DNA of 64,000 nucleotides from Eledone cirrhosa (lineage: Eukaryota): the NCBI GenBank assembly GCA_964016885.1, contig OZ024743.1, forward strand, positions 350,238,001-350,302,000, written 5' to 3'. Positions within the stretch are counted from its first letter, which is position 1. Every line of letters begins with the position of its first letter. A program made the position numbers and the translations under genes. Below, in pieces: positions 1 to 11,000 of the stretch. The notes below the pieces were generated by a model, which saw only the letters and a list, made by a program, of their open reading frames with translations, ran no database searches and was not told where the DNA came from.

Positions 1-108
1 ACTTGGGGTAGTAGAGTGGGTAATAGGAACAAGTATGACCCCGACGGCAGTCCAGAATTAGCCGTCGAAACGGCTTGAGCTCAGCTGTCGGGGTCTTACT
101 GGTTCCTA

Positions 109-151
<43 letters not shown>

Positions 152-1250
152 CGAAGGAAATGTGGTAAGGAACCAGATGGACCATAACGCACCAAAGTAC
201 TCAATACTTAGAGTAGTAGAGTGGATAATATGAACAAGTATGACCCCGACGGCAGTCCAGAATTAGCCGTCGAAACGGCTTGAGCTCTGCCGTCGGGGTC
301 ATACTTGTTCCTATATATATATATACATACATATGTATATGTGTTGAGAATACAGTAATATTTAAAACAAAGACACGTATGGGTAATGATCATAAACGAG
401 AATAAGACCCATTTGACAAATACGTCGACTATGACTATATAATTATAAGTCACTTTGTTGGAACATCAGTATGTAACATTAAAAAGGTATATGCCTGTAA
501 TGTTTCATTTGCATACTTATAACTTACGCTAATAATACAATATATTGTCATTGTATATGAATGTATTCAAAGCTAGATGACTTCTCATTTAATGTGTTTT
601 TACCGTGCTATAGCACGAAAGTGACCCTTGATCACTTGGAGTTTGTATTACAAACAGTGCATGCATGTTTCACGATGAGTGGTACGGTACTCTTTGTATT
701 GTCTTATTTGTGGGTATTTAAATGTCTTTTTAGACCAACACGGGAATTACAGGTTTTACTACAAATATGGCATATCAGCATGTCTGCTGGAATAAAGTGT
801 GTAAGTTGAACCAACAGGATGAGGATGGGTTCTGGAAGGTGAAGTTAGGCTAGCCTCAAACTCAACTGATAAAACGTAAGTGAGTACATGTTGCATGGTG
901 GTGTTACACTGATGACATCAGCAACCACAGCAAGTATGCTTGTTGATGAGTGTCCTTTTTGGAGATCCTGGTCAGTGAACTAGAAGAGTTAATGACCATC
1001 CAATAGTGTGTACATATGCATTCATATAATAAGTGTATTGTGTATTTAAATGTGTAAATGTGTGTCATTGTATATATATGTATGTACATATATATACATA
1101 TATATACATATATACATATATACATATATACATATATACATATATATACATATATACATATATATACATACGTACATATATATATATGTATATATATATA
1201 TATGATGTGTGTGTGTATATATGATGTGTGTGTATGTGTATATATATATA

Positions 1251-1679
1251 TAAAATAAAATAAATAAGTCAAATGTTTACAATTTTTTAAAATTTGGCTT
1301 CGTTTATTACTGCTATATATATTTCGGTGACAGCCATCATTGGCTGTGACCTCTTCAGGCAGTCCGAATTAGTGTGGTAGAGACGGGTACACATGTTGTT
1401 GAGGTGTTTAACTTTGTCAATACTCTGATATGCCCAGTTCCTGGTTGGGTTGTTATTTCACTGAGGAACCATATGGAATCATATGATTCCAGTTCCTCAG
1501 TGAAATAACAACCCAACCAGGAACTGGGCATATCAGAGTATTGACAAAGTTAAACACCTCAACATGTGTACTCGTTTCTACCACACTAATTCGGACTGTC
1601 ACCGAAATATATACAGCAGTAATAAACGAAGCCAAATTTTAAAAAAATTGTAAACATTTGACTTATTTATTTTATTTTA
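1251..1679. mobile_element. Inverted duplication (palindrome) of an HHR-bearing pLTR-like repeat
   Basis: Left and right arms are reverse complements centred near 1480; left arm has an intact HHR on the minus strand. Confidence 0.8.
1309..1363 (-). ncRNA. Type I hammerhead ribozyme motif
   Basis: ACTGC-CTGAAGA-GGTCACAGCC aatgat GGCTGTCACC-GAA-ATATATAT-A^GCAGT. Confidence 0.85.
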
Positions 1680-1976
1680 CATTACTCCGGAATAACCAAA
1701 CCAACCTGCGCACTTCGTCGAGTGCTCCAGTCTGGATACTGAGGTGTTGGTATACAACCAACATATACTCAACATATATATATATAATTATAAAATGTGG
1801 AGGGGAAGCACACGAGTTAGGATATGTATATATATATATATGAAAACAAGGAGAAAGAGACGATTAGGAAAAAAATATATTTTTCCTCCTAATAATCCCC
1901 TCTTTCTCCCTGTTTATTTATATATATATATATATATATATGTATATGTATATATGTATATGTATATATGTAAGTA

Positions 1977-2059
<83 letters not shown>

Positions 2060-2076
2060 ATATATGTATATATATG

Positions 2077-2112
<36 letters not shown>

Positions 2113-2125
2113 TGTATGTACGTGT

Positions 2126-2421
2126 GGGAGTGAAGGATTCCTAGCCTTTGTCAGGGCATTCTTCTAGGGGAAGGCAACTCAGGAAACTGGGATAACTCCG
2201 ATATAAAACCTGCGGCTCAGTAGTTACCGATGATGTTGATCTTTTCTTCTTTTCGGGTTATAGCTACTGTCGCTCAGAGAGTGGGATTGGCTCACTGCAC
2301 AGTCTTTCCTCACTTTGAAAAATATCTTTACGCACAGGCTTTTCACGATAGAATTAATTAATAATTATTAATAATGGTATATCGTGCAATGGCCATACTC
2401 GATAACGAGGGGGCGGCCATC
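2126..2421 (+). mobile_element. RTE-derived non-autonomous element fragment
   Basis: RTE-type 5'UTR motif (tctaggggaaggcaactc...gatataaaacc); similar to 35508-36116; flanked by (TATG)n-like sequence. Confidence 0.5.
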
Positions 2422-2619
2422 ATGTATCTATGTATAAATGTATATATGCAATGTAGAACATTTCAATTCATTATTTTACTTCTATTTTAAAGAAGTTTTC
2501 TGCATAAAGAGAACTATGCAATTATTTGTGTCCACTCGAATATCATAGTGATTATCTAGTGAATAAATATAAATACAGCATAGATTTTAAATTGTAACTA
2601 AAATACAAAGTAAACTAAT

Positions 2620-2800
2620 GTTTTTACTTTTGGCACAAGGCCAGCAATTTCGCCAGTGCATTACTTGTGCTTTATTTTATGACCCCATGATGATGAAAGG
2701 CAAAGTTAACTCCGGTGGGATTTGAACTAAGAACGTAAAGGGTCATAACTCTATGCTGCAAAACATGGGTGTCTGACGTTCTAGAGATACTGCCAAACCA
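2620..2800 (-). mobile_element. tRNA-derived SINE (family A)
   Basis: Same sequence family as 20122, 43309, 55709 and 63787 (gttcaaatccc B-box; ggccttgtgcc..agtagaaac tail). Confidence 0.8.
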
Positions 2801-2882
2801 ATAAAATAATGAAACAACATTAATTGAAACAAGCAATTTATCTTCTCTGTGTGCTTTGAAGAAATTCAATGGAACAACTTAC

Positions 2883-3085
2883 CACTGGTGGGAATGTGAT
2901 TGAATAGTGGCATCTCGTCTGCCAATCATAGAAAAATCGAAAATCTATCCAAGCCTGCAAAGCAGTACAGGGACAGGTATTCCATGTACTAGTACGCTCC
3001 TCCTCAGTATACCATTTGAGACAACTTAACTTAGATGTCCTTATATAATTACCAGTTAAATCAAACATCCATACACCGCTAAAAC
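2883..3085 (-). CDS. Mucin-like gene: NIDO end / AMOP domain exon (gene continues beyond the left window edge)
   Basis: gtcAG acceptor, GTAAGT donor, 203 nt phase 1->0; GFSGVWMFDL..SCLKWY..TCPCTALQAWIDFRF is the AMOP signature (MUC4/SUSD2/Mesh type). Confidence 0.9.
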
Positions 3086-3812
3086 CTGACAATATAAAAA
3101 TATATTCATTGCATTTCTGTTAAGAAAATCAAATAATTTGTTCATACTAGTTCGAAAACAATTGAAACCATATATGTCTGACACAATTTTCATTGAAGTT
3201 TTAAAGTATTTTAAGTATTTTAGAAAATTTGTGACACATAGTTATATTCGTGTTACATTTGAGTTACACTTTAAAATGCACAGGATGGAGTCTGATCCCA
3301 TTGCACGTTTTCCATTTAGACACATGTGATGTTGATGCGCTGATAGACATACAAAATATACTAAGATTAAAACTTCATTTTTGTAGTTCTGTGAAAGTAT
3401 TGATAAACCTTAAATTTCGTATAAATGACACGTAACTTGACGTGATCGAATGCGTATTATGTTTGTATTACCTGAATAGTGATGTATAATTAGGTAAACA
3501 TGCCTAAGAGCAATCAAGAACTAAATTAAAAAAATTGGTAATTCTATATAATGAAATTTCAGGATTTATCAGGAACACATATGTTAAAGCAACTTGTGAA
3601 ATAAATTGACTTCGAAATTCTATTATATTCATTAACATATTTGTTTCTACTTTAGGCACAAGGCCAGCAAATACCCAGTTCATTACTGGTACTTTATTTT
3701 ATCGAGCCAGACATATGTTAACAAGATTTTTGTCAATGTATTAATTGTTTAGAATTATAATGAAAATTGATAAATTTAGAATATATTATTCAACATATAG
3801 AGCAATACTTAC

Positions 3813-4023
3813 CGGTATTTCCCTTGTCAGTGTCAATATTTACCAAACTGTCGGGCTTCAGTGAATCTTTATGTCTGTAACGTTTTTGTCCGAGAGAAAA
3901 TCCCATTAAAGCCTTGACATTAATGTTCATGTCCATTTCACAAGGTTTGTAGAGATAAAATAAATATGTTGAGTAGCCGTTTGTGACTAGTAATACTTGG
4001 AATGTAATTCCGGGATATGTATC
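3813..4023 (-). CDS. Mucin-like gene: NIDO domain exon
   Basis: ttttAG acceptor, GTAAGT donor, 211 nt phase 0->1; ITFQVLLVTNGYSTYLFYLY...ALMGFS...KGNTG matches the NIDO consensus. Confidence 0.9.
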
Positions 4024-4369
4024 CTAAAATATTAAATAGATATATTATTTGATTGCATGTCTAAATTCATACTTGATTGCTGGCAGTTTCTGTTAAATAT
4101 TAACAGTGTGTTACGTTGGCTCATTCATTTATTTACTGGTTTTCTAGAAACGATTACAGAAATAAAGATAAAAGGTTAAAACCGTAAAGTATTTACAGTA
4201 GGAAAAGTAAACTAATGATTTACTTGTTCACAATATTAGGATTCATTCATGGCTTATAGAATAGTAAATCCTTCAGAAACATAAGTTATGTGTTAGGTTT
4301 AAATTAATGTATACATTATTTTAATTAATAAACTTAACTCAATTGTACGATTACGCATAATTTACTTAC

Positions 4370-4681
4370 CTGATTTTCTCCTATAAGGGAATTATGACGG
4401 ATATTTTCCCAAGTTACCAGAAGTGCCCAAACCGATTCGAAATTAGGGGTATTGGTATATTCTGCTATTAAACCGTCAATTTCCATAAGTTTATTCGAAT
4501 CATTAGACACATATCTTCTATTTGGACTATATTTTTCATAAAGGCTGTATTGAACATTCGTTGAAGTTTCAGGCCAAAGATCTGCCCAATATGGAGCAAT
4601 AATATACGGGCTGTAATATGATAAAGAATGTGGTTCGTAGGAGAATTGATAACCCTCTGATATATATCCACTAATAAAGAT
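4370..4681 (-). CDS. Mucin-like gene: NIDO-region exon
   Basis: gacAG acceptor, GTAAGT donor, 312 nt phase 0-0; contains IIAPYWADL and FESVWALLVTWENI motifs typical of NIDO proteins. Confidence 0.88.
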
Positions 4682-6001
4682 CTGTCAAGAGAAAATGACA
4701 TATATGCAGAAAAAATTCAAGACAGTAAGAGGTTTACATTAGATTTCAAATTAAAAACTTCAGGAGTAGAAATGTTACTATAATATCCTCCTATAATATC
4801 AATGTTGGCTAATAAATAGAAAAAGGGGGTATTTATGCCATCAGATCTATACTGAACTAAGACTAAGGTAAGATAAAATAATATCATTTAATCACCATAA
4901 TGTATGAGGAAATACTGAAAAGGTCTCGGCTTACCCATATCCCAATTATCCTATATACGAGGTGTTGAAAATTTTGGAAGGTGAACATTTTGAAAATTTT
5001 GAAAGGTGACAACCTGATATAATGCTTGAGTATATATTTTATATATAAAACAGAGAAAACATTTGTAAAATATCTTAGTTGTTGTGATAATAGTTATTTA
5101 GTTGTCAAGTTTCGCATAAACTTAGACTATTAATGTAAAAAACTGTTTGTCAATTGATTCTTGAGCAATATATTACTATTGTCATTATTTTCTTTCTTCT
5201 GCTAAAAGACATTCGATTTTATTTTTCTTAATAGTGTGTAGATAAATATAACCATAGAGAAAAACCAACAAACAAATAACATCTCTTTCTATATATTATG
5301 TATAGATATTACAATTTTCCGTCATTTTTGACGACACGGGGCAAGTTAGTTTACCATAAACCCACAAAAATATATGTATCATTAAATTGTACGATTCCCT
5401 TTTGAGGAGTAATGCCTAGCTGACAGAATTTCAATTATTTAGAGAAATATAAGATATTTATTAAATAGAACACTTCAGGTAAAGCCGCTATTGCATACCT
5501 TAAAGATATACACACAGTGATCTTCTTGTAAAACGAAAGCGTTCGTGGATAATTTATATTTGGTTCAGTCGTAATTTAGAATATTTTATTACTTAGTGTA
5601 CTTTGTATTTTGTTGTGCATATGAATCAGCTTTTATCGTTGCTCGATTTAGATCTAGACAATTTTCTTCATAAGAGAAATTTATTCTATGTCGTCTCTAT
5701 CGCCTTAGTTCAATAAAATCACGTTAAAAGATAACTTATTATGATAAACTAGCATCATTTACACTTCATCAAGTTATGTAATCATCCTTAAAGTACGTAG
5801 ATTTTGACGGTTAATGCATTTTTAAGGTTGTAGTTATTTAATTTCGAATATATGAGCAAGCATCTTGCAAGTGCAACATTTTTGTTACTCAGAGAAAACG
5901 GTTATAAAATATACCAAGAGTATCTTGTGTAACATTGAAATGATTGTTTAGAATGTCATTAATAAAACTGTGGTATATAACTATGTATTATAGATACGTA
6001 C

Positions 6002-6111
6002 ATTAAAACATCCCAATGATCTCTGTCCTACGTTGACATCAATTGATGGACAAATTTTTGGTGACTTTATCCCATAAAACCTTCGTGAGTTACCAGAGTG
6101 TTGAAGTAATT
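6002..6111 (-). CDS. Mucin-like gene: pre-NIDO exon
   Basis: tttttacAG acceptor, GTACGT donor, 110 nt phase 1->0; KLLQHSGNSRRFYGIKSPKICPSIDVNVGQRSLGCFN. Confidence 0.75.
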
Positions 6112-6776
6112 CTGTAAAAATGAGAAGTAAAACATTATGTCGATCTTAATTATATTCATTATTCATATCAATTAATTTGAAAATGAAAGCCCGTTTCGAA
6201 TCCTTCAATTTAAATGAGAGTTAGACAATAATTATAATTTGTCAGTTGTCAATGCTGCAACCCGTTAAGGAAAGTATTGGGGAGTTTTATCTAGTCTCTT
6301 GATGCAGCATTCACACATAGTGTTTGTGGGTCCTGTTGGATAGCATGTGGCTTGCAGACTCAAACTGAATTTATTAAGACAGCCAAATCTGGGACGCTTG
6401 TAATTGGGGCGCAGGCCCATACTACCTAGAATGTCATTGTCTGAGAAAGTAGTATCTTAGTCTGCGACGACCCGTTCAACTAGTACAAGTATGGATTTAT
6501 GGCCATTAAACGATGATGATGAGGAGAAGGAGGGGAGGAGAATGGGGATGGTGAGACGATGGAGAATGAGAGGGGCGAAATGACTACGTTATCTAACTTT
6601 GATTTGGTGCAGAAACGTCTATCATTAGTGTGTTATCTTATGTTATAAACAAAGAGTAGATGATAATTTAAAACAAGTAGATACCTCTCGGGTTTCTACT
6701 GTATAGATATGTGTTATCTTTTGTCTTTAATTCCCGGAATCTATATATTATAATTTTATATTTAGTTTATATTGAC

Positions 6777-7085
6777 ACAGGCATGGTTGTGTGGTTAAAT
6801 TGTTTGCCTCCTAATCACATAGATTTGGATCCAGGTACACTCTAGGTGACCGATTCATTTGGTCAAAAATGTGTTAGACTGTATGAAAACCAATCCTATG
6901 AATGTGTAACAGTAAAAGTAAACTGCGTTTACTTTTACTGTTTGTAAATGTTCTGTAACTTAGCAGATTGACAAATAGAGATCAATAAAAGAAGAAGCAG
7001 ACTGGACAGAAATCATTACTGGGGTTGATACAATCGAGTAAATCCTTTTAAAGAAGTGCCCCATTGTGAGTGAAGCAAGTAATAG
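6777..7085 (+). mobile_element. Diverged tRNA-derived SINE (family B)
   Basis: ggcatggttgtgtggttaa A-box-like head; related to 51100-51351. Confidence 0.5.
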
Positions 7086-7321
7086 AAGAACAATTAGAAG
7101 AATATTATATATAATTAAATAGCTCCCTAGCTCCTTACGGAAGTTCTAATCTATCTCAGTTTGTTTCAAAATTGTTAACAAAGAGATTGGAGAGTAAATG
7201 AGATCCTTGAATTATATATCTGAAGTTTAGCGGTGCTTTGCTTGAAAGATAATATTTATCAATTAACTTATTTAGAAAATATTGAAGCTAATAACGAGCA
7301 CGCTTTTATAGACATACTTAC

Positions 7322-7465
7322 TTGATCGTGGACAGTATTTTTTTGTTGTTTGTGTTGTTATCTGTGTGGTGTATTTTGTTGTAGGGTTTGGAGTCGTCGG
7401 AGTTGAGGTTGGCTGGTGTGTCGTTTCTGTTGGAAATGGAGAAAATGTTGACGTTCCATCCGTTC
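7322..7465 (-). CDS. Mucin-like gene: Pro/Thr-rich exon
   Basis: cttAG acceptor, GTAAGT donor, 144 nt phase 1-1; GTDGTSTFSPFPTETTHQPTSTPTTPNPTTKYTTQITTQTTKKYCPRS. Confidence 0.85.
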
Positions 7466-8084
7466 CTAAGATAAACAATAGAATGTCATATCAAATTGTT
7501 TTTACGTGTAGCAAGCAATATTTCTAAGATATCTAAATTAATAATTCAGATCTAAGAGAAGGTGAGGGAAAACAACCTTGAAATGTCTACATATTAAAAT
7601 TAATGAGATGGAACACGTCAATTTGGACGGAGAGCATTCCGCCATTTGATCAACTGATGTCTGACTCGGGGATGAACAAGTATTTGGTTGAGAATTACAC
7701 GGACACCTGTATTCTTGACGTCATTTTAAAGCAGTGTCGGCGTGACACATTATGAGGCTGGCTGAACCGGTGAATTACAGGTAAACTCTGCCCAACGGGC
7801 TTCCACACAGTTTTTTGGCTACACAATTTCATTTAAACAACTAGGGTGAGCTAAAGGATATGATAAAGACACTTGAAAAGATGCCAGCCAGCATTTTAGA
7901 ACCCAGAGCCTCCTGATTGTGAAGCAATTTTTTTAAATACATGACCATGTGCATTGGAAATATAAGCGTAAAATAAATGGAAAATTCTGGAATTGTTTCG
8001 AACTGATTAGACATCAATATGGAAGGATAATTTGCAAAATCTAATACAATGACCAATATCAAAACTTAAGTTTAATGTACGTAC

Positions 8085-11000
8085 CTGCAGTAGTTAAAAT
8101 GGGAAATGTTGTAATATGTGAATTAGCATCTGTTGACACAGTGCCAGTTGTCACATCTCCAGTTATAGATTCTGTTGTACGGTCTGTTGTGATGTCATCT
8201 GTTGTGAAATGTGTAGTAGCATTTGTTGTGACAGAGTCTGTTGTCACATCTCCAGTTATAGATTCTGTTGTACTTCCTGTTGTGATGTCATCTGTTGTGA
8301 AATGTGTCGTACCATTTGTTGACACAGCGTCTGTGGTCACATCTCCAGTTATAGATTCGGTTGTACGGTCTGTTGTGATGTCATCTTTTGTGAAATGTGT
8401 AGTAGCATCTGTTGACACAGTGCCTGTTGTCACATCTCCAGTTATAGATTCTGTTGTACGGTCTGTTGTGATGTCATCTGTTGTGAAATGTGTAGTAGCA
8501 TTTGTTGTGACAGAGTCTGTTGTCACATCTCCAGTTATAGATTCTGTTGTACTTCCTGTTGTGATGTCATCTGTTGTGAAATGTGTCGTACCATTTGTTG
8601 ACACAGCTTCTGTGGTCACATCTCCAGCTATAGATTCGGTTGTACGGTCTGTTGTGATGTCATCTTTTGTAAAATGTGTAGTAGCATCTGTTGACACAGT
8701 GCCTGTTGTCACATCTCCAGTTATAGATTGAGTTGTACTTCCTGTTGTGATGTCATCTGTTGTGAAATGTGAAGTAGCATCTGTTAACACAGTGCCTGTT
8801 GTCACATCTCCAGTTATAGATTCTGTTGTACTTTCCCTTGTAATGACATCTGTTGTGAAATGTGTAGTAGCATCTGTTGACACAGTGCCTGCTGTCACAT
8901 CTCCAGTTATAGATTGAGTTGTACTTCCTGTTGTGATGCCATCTTTTGTGAAATGTGAAGTAGCATCTGTTAACACAGTGCCAGTTGTCAAATCTCCAGT
9001 TATAGATTCTGTTGTACTTTCCCTTGTGATGACATCTGTTGTGAAATGTGTAGTAGCATCTGTTGACACAGCATCTGTTGTCACATCTTCAGTTATAGAT
9101 TCTGTTGTACTTCCTGTTGTGATGTCATCTGTTGTGAAATGTGTAGTAGCATCTGTTGACACAGTGCCTGTTGTCACATCTCCAGTTATAGATTCTGGTG
9201 TACTTCCTGTTGTGATGTCATCTGTTGTGAAATTTGGAGTAGCATCTGTTGACACAGTGCCTGTTGTCACATCTCCAGTTATAGATTCTGTTGTACTTTC
9301 CCTTGTGATGTCATCTGTTGTGAAGTGTGTAGTAGCATCTGTTGTCACATCTCCAGTTATAGTTTCTGTTGTACTTCCTGTTGTGATGTCATCTGTTGTG
9401 AAATGTGAAGTAGCATCTGTTGACACAGTGCCTGTTGTCACATCTCCAGTTATAGATTCTGTTGTACTTTCCCTTGTGATGTCATCTGTTGTGAAGTGTG
9501 TAGTAGCATCTGTTGTCACATCTTCAGTTATAGTTTCTGTTGTACTTCCTGTTGTGATGTCATCTGTTGTGAAATGTGAAGTAGCATCTGTTGACACAGC
9601 GCCTGTTGTCTCATCTCCAGTTATAGATTCTGTTGTACGGTCTGTTGTGATATCATCTGTTGTGAAATGTGTAGTAGCATCTGTTGTCACATCTCCAGTT
9701 ATAGATTCTGTTGTACTTCCTGTTGTGATGTCATCTGTTGTGAAATGTGTAGTAGCATCTGTTGACACAGTGCCTGTTGTCACAACTCCAGTTATAGATT
9801 CTGTTGTACGGTATGTTGTGATGTCATCTGTTGTGAAATGTGTAGTAGTATCTGTTGACACAGTGCCTCTTGTCACATCTCCAGTTATAGATTGAGTTGT
9901 ACTTCCTGTTGTGATGTCATCTGTTGTGAAATGTGAAGTAGCATCTGTTAACACAGTGCCTGTTGTCACATCTCCAGTTATAGATCCTGTTGTACTTTCC
10001 CTTGTGATGTATTCTGTTGTGAAATGTGTAGTAGCATCTGTTGTCACATCTCCAGTTATAGATTCTGTTGTACGGTATGTTGTGAAATGTGTAGTAGTAT
10101 CTGTTGACACAGTGCCTGTTGTCACATCTCCAGTTATAGATTGAGTTGTACTTCCTGTTGTGATGTCATCTGTTGTGAAATGTGAAGTAGCATTTGTTAA
10201 CACAGTGCCTGTTGTCACATCTCCAGTTATAGATTCTGTTGTACTTTCCCTTGTGATGACATCTGTTGTGAAATGTGTAGTAGCATCTGTTGACACAGCA
10301 TCTGTTGTCACATCTTCAGTTATAGATTCTGTTGTACTTCCTGTTGTGATGTCATCTGTTGTGAAATGTGTAGTAGCATCTGTTGACACGGTGCCTGTTG
10401 TCACATCTCCAGTTATAGATTCTGGTGTACTTCCTGTTGTGATGTCATCTGTTGTGAAATTTGGAGTAGCATCTGTTGACACAGTGCCTGTTGTCACATC
10501 TCCAGTTATAGATTGAGTTGTACTTCCTGTTGTGATGTCATCTGTTGTGAAATGTGAAGTAGCATTTGTTAACACAGTGCCTGTTGTCACATCTCCAGTT
10601 ATAGATTCTGTTGTACTTTCCCTTGTGATGACATCTGTTGTGAAATGTGTAGTAGCATCTGTTGACACAGCATCTGTTGTCACATCTTCAGTTATAGATT
10701 CTGTTGTACTTCCTGTTGTGATGTCATCTGTTGTGAAATGTGTAGTAGCATCTGTTGACACGGTGCCTGTTGTCACATCTCCAGTTATAGATTCTGGTGT
10801 ACTTCCTGTTGTGATGTCATCTGTTGTGAAATTTGGAGTAGCATCTGTTGACACAGTGCCTGTTGTCACATCTCCAGTTATAGATTCTGTTGTACTTTCC
10901 CTTGTGATGTCATCTGTTGTGAAGAGTGTAGTAGCATCTGTTGTCACATCTCCAGTTATAGTTTCTGTTGTACTTCCTGTTGTGATGTCATCTGTTGTGA

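Noticed and set aside
905-952. CTGATGA followed by a hairpin
   Set aside because: No GAAA or cleavage triplet.
904-2167. YI/CV/HT-rich ORFs here and throughout the window
   Set aside because: Translations of (TA)n, (TG)n and (CATA)n microsatellites.
4430-4450. Apparent frameshift in the NIDO exon
   Set aside because: Recount gives ACC CCT AAT TTC GAA TCG; the exon is an intact 312 nt.
5282-5349. Possible miniature Helitron (A|TC...hairpin...TTAG|T)
   Set aside because: Too short and degenerate to support without other copies.
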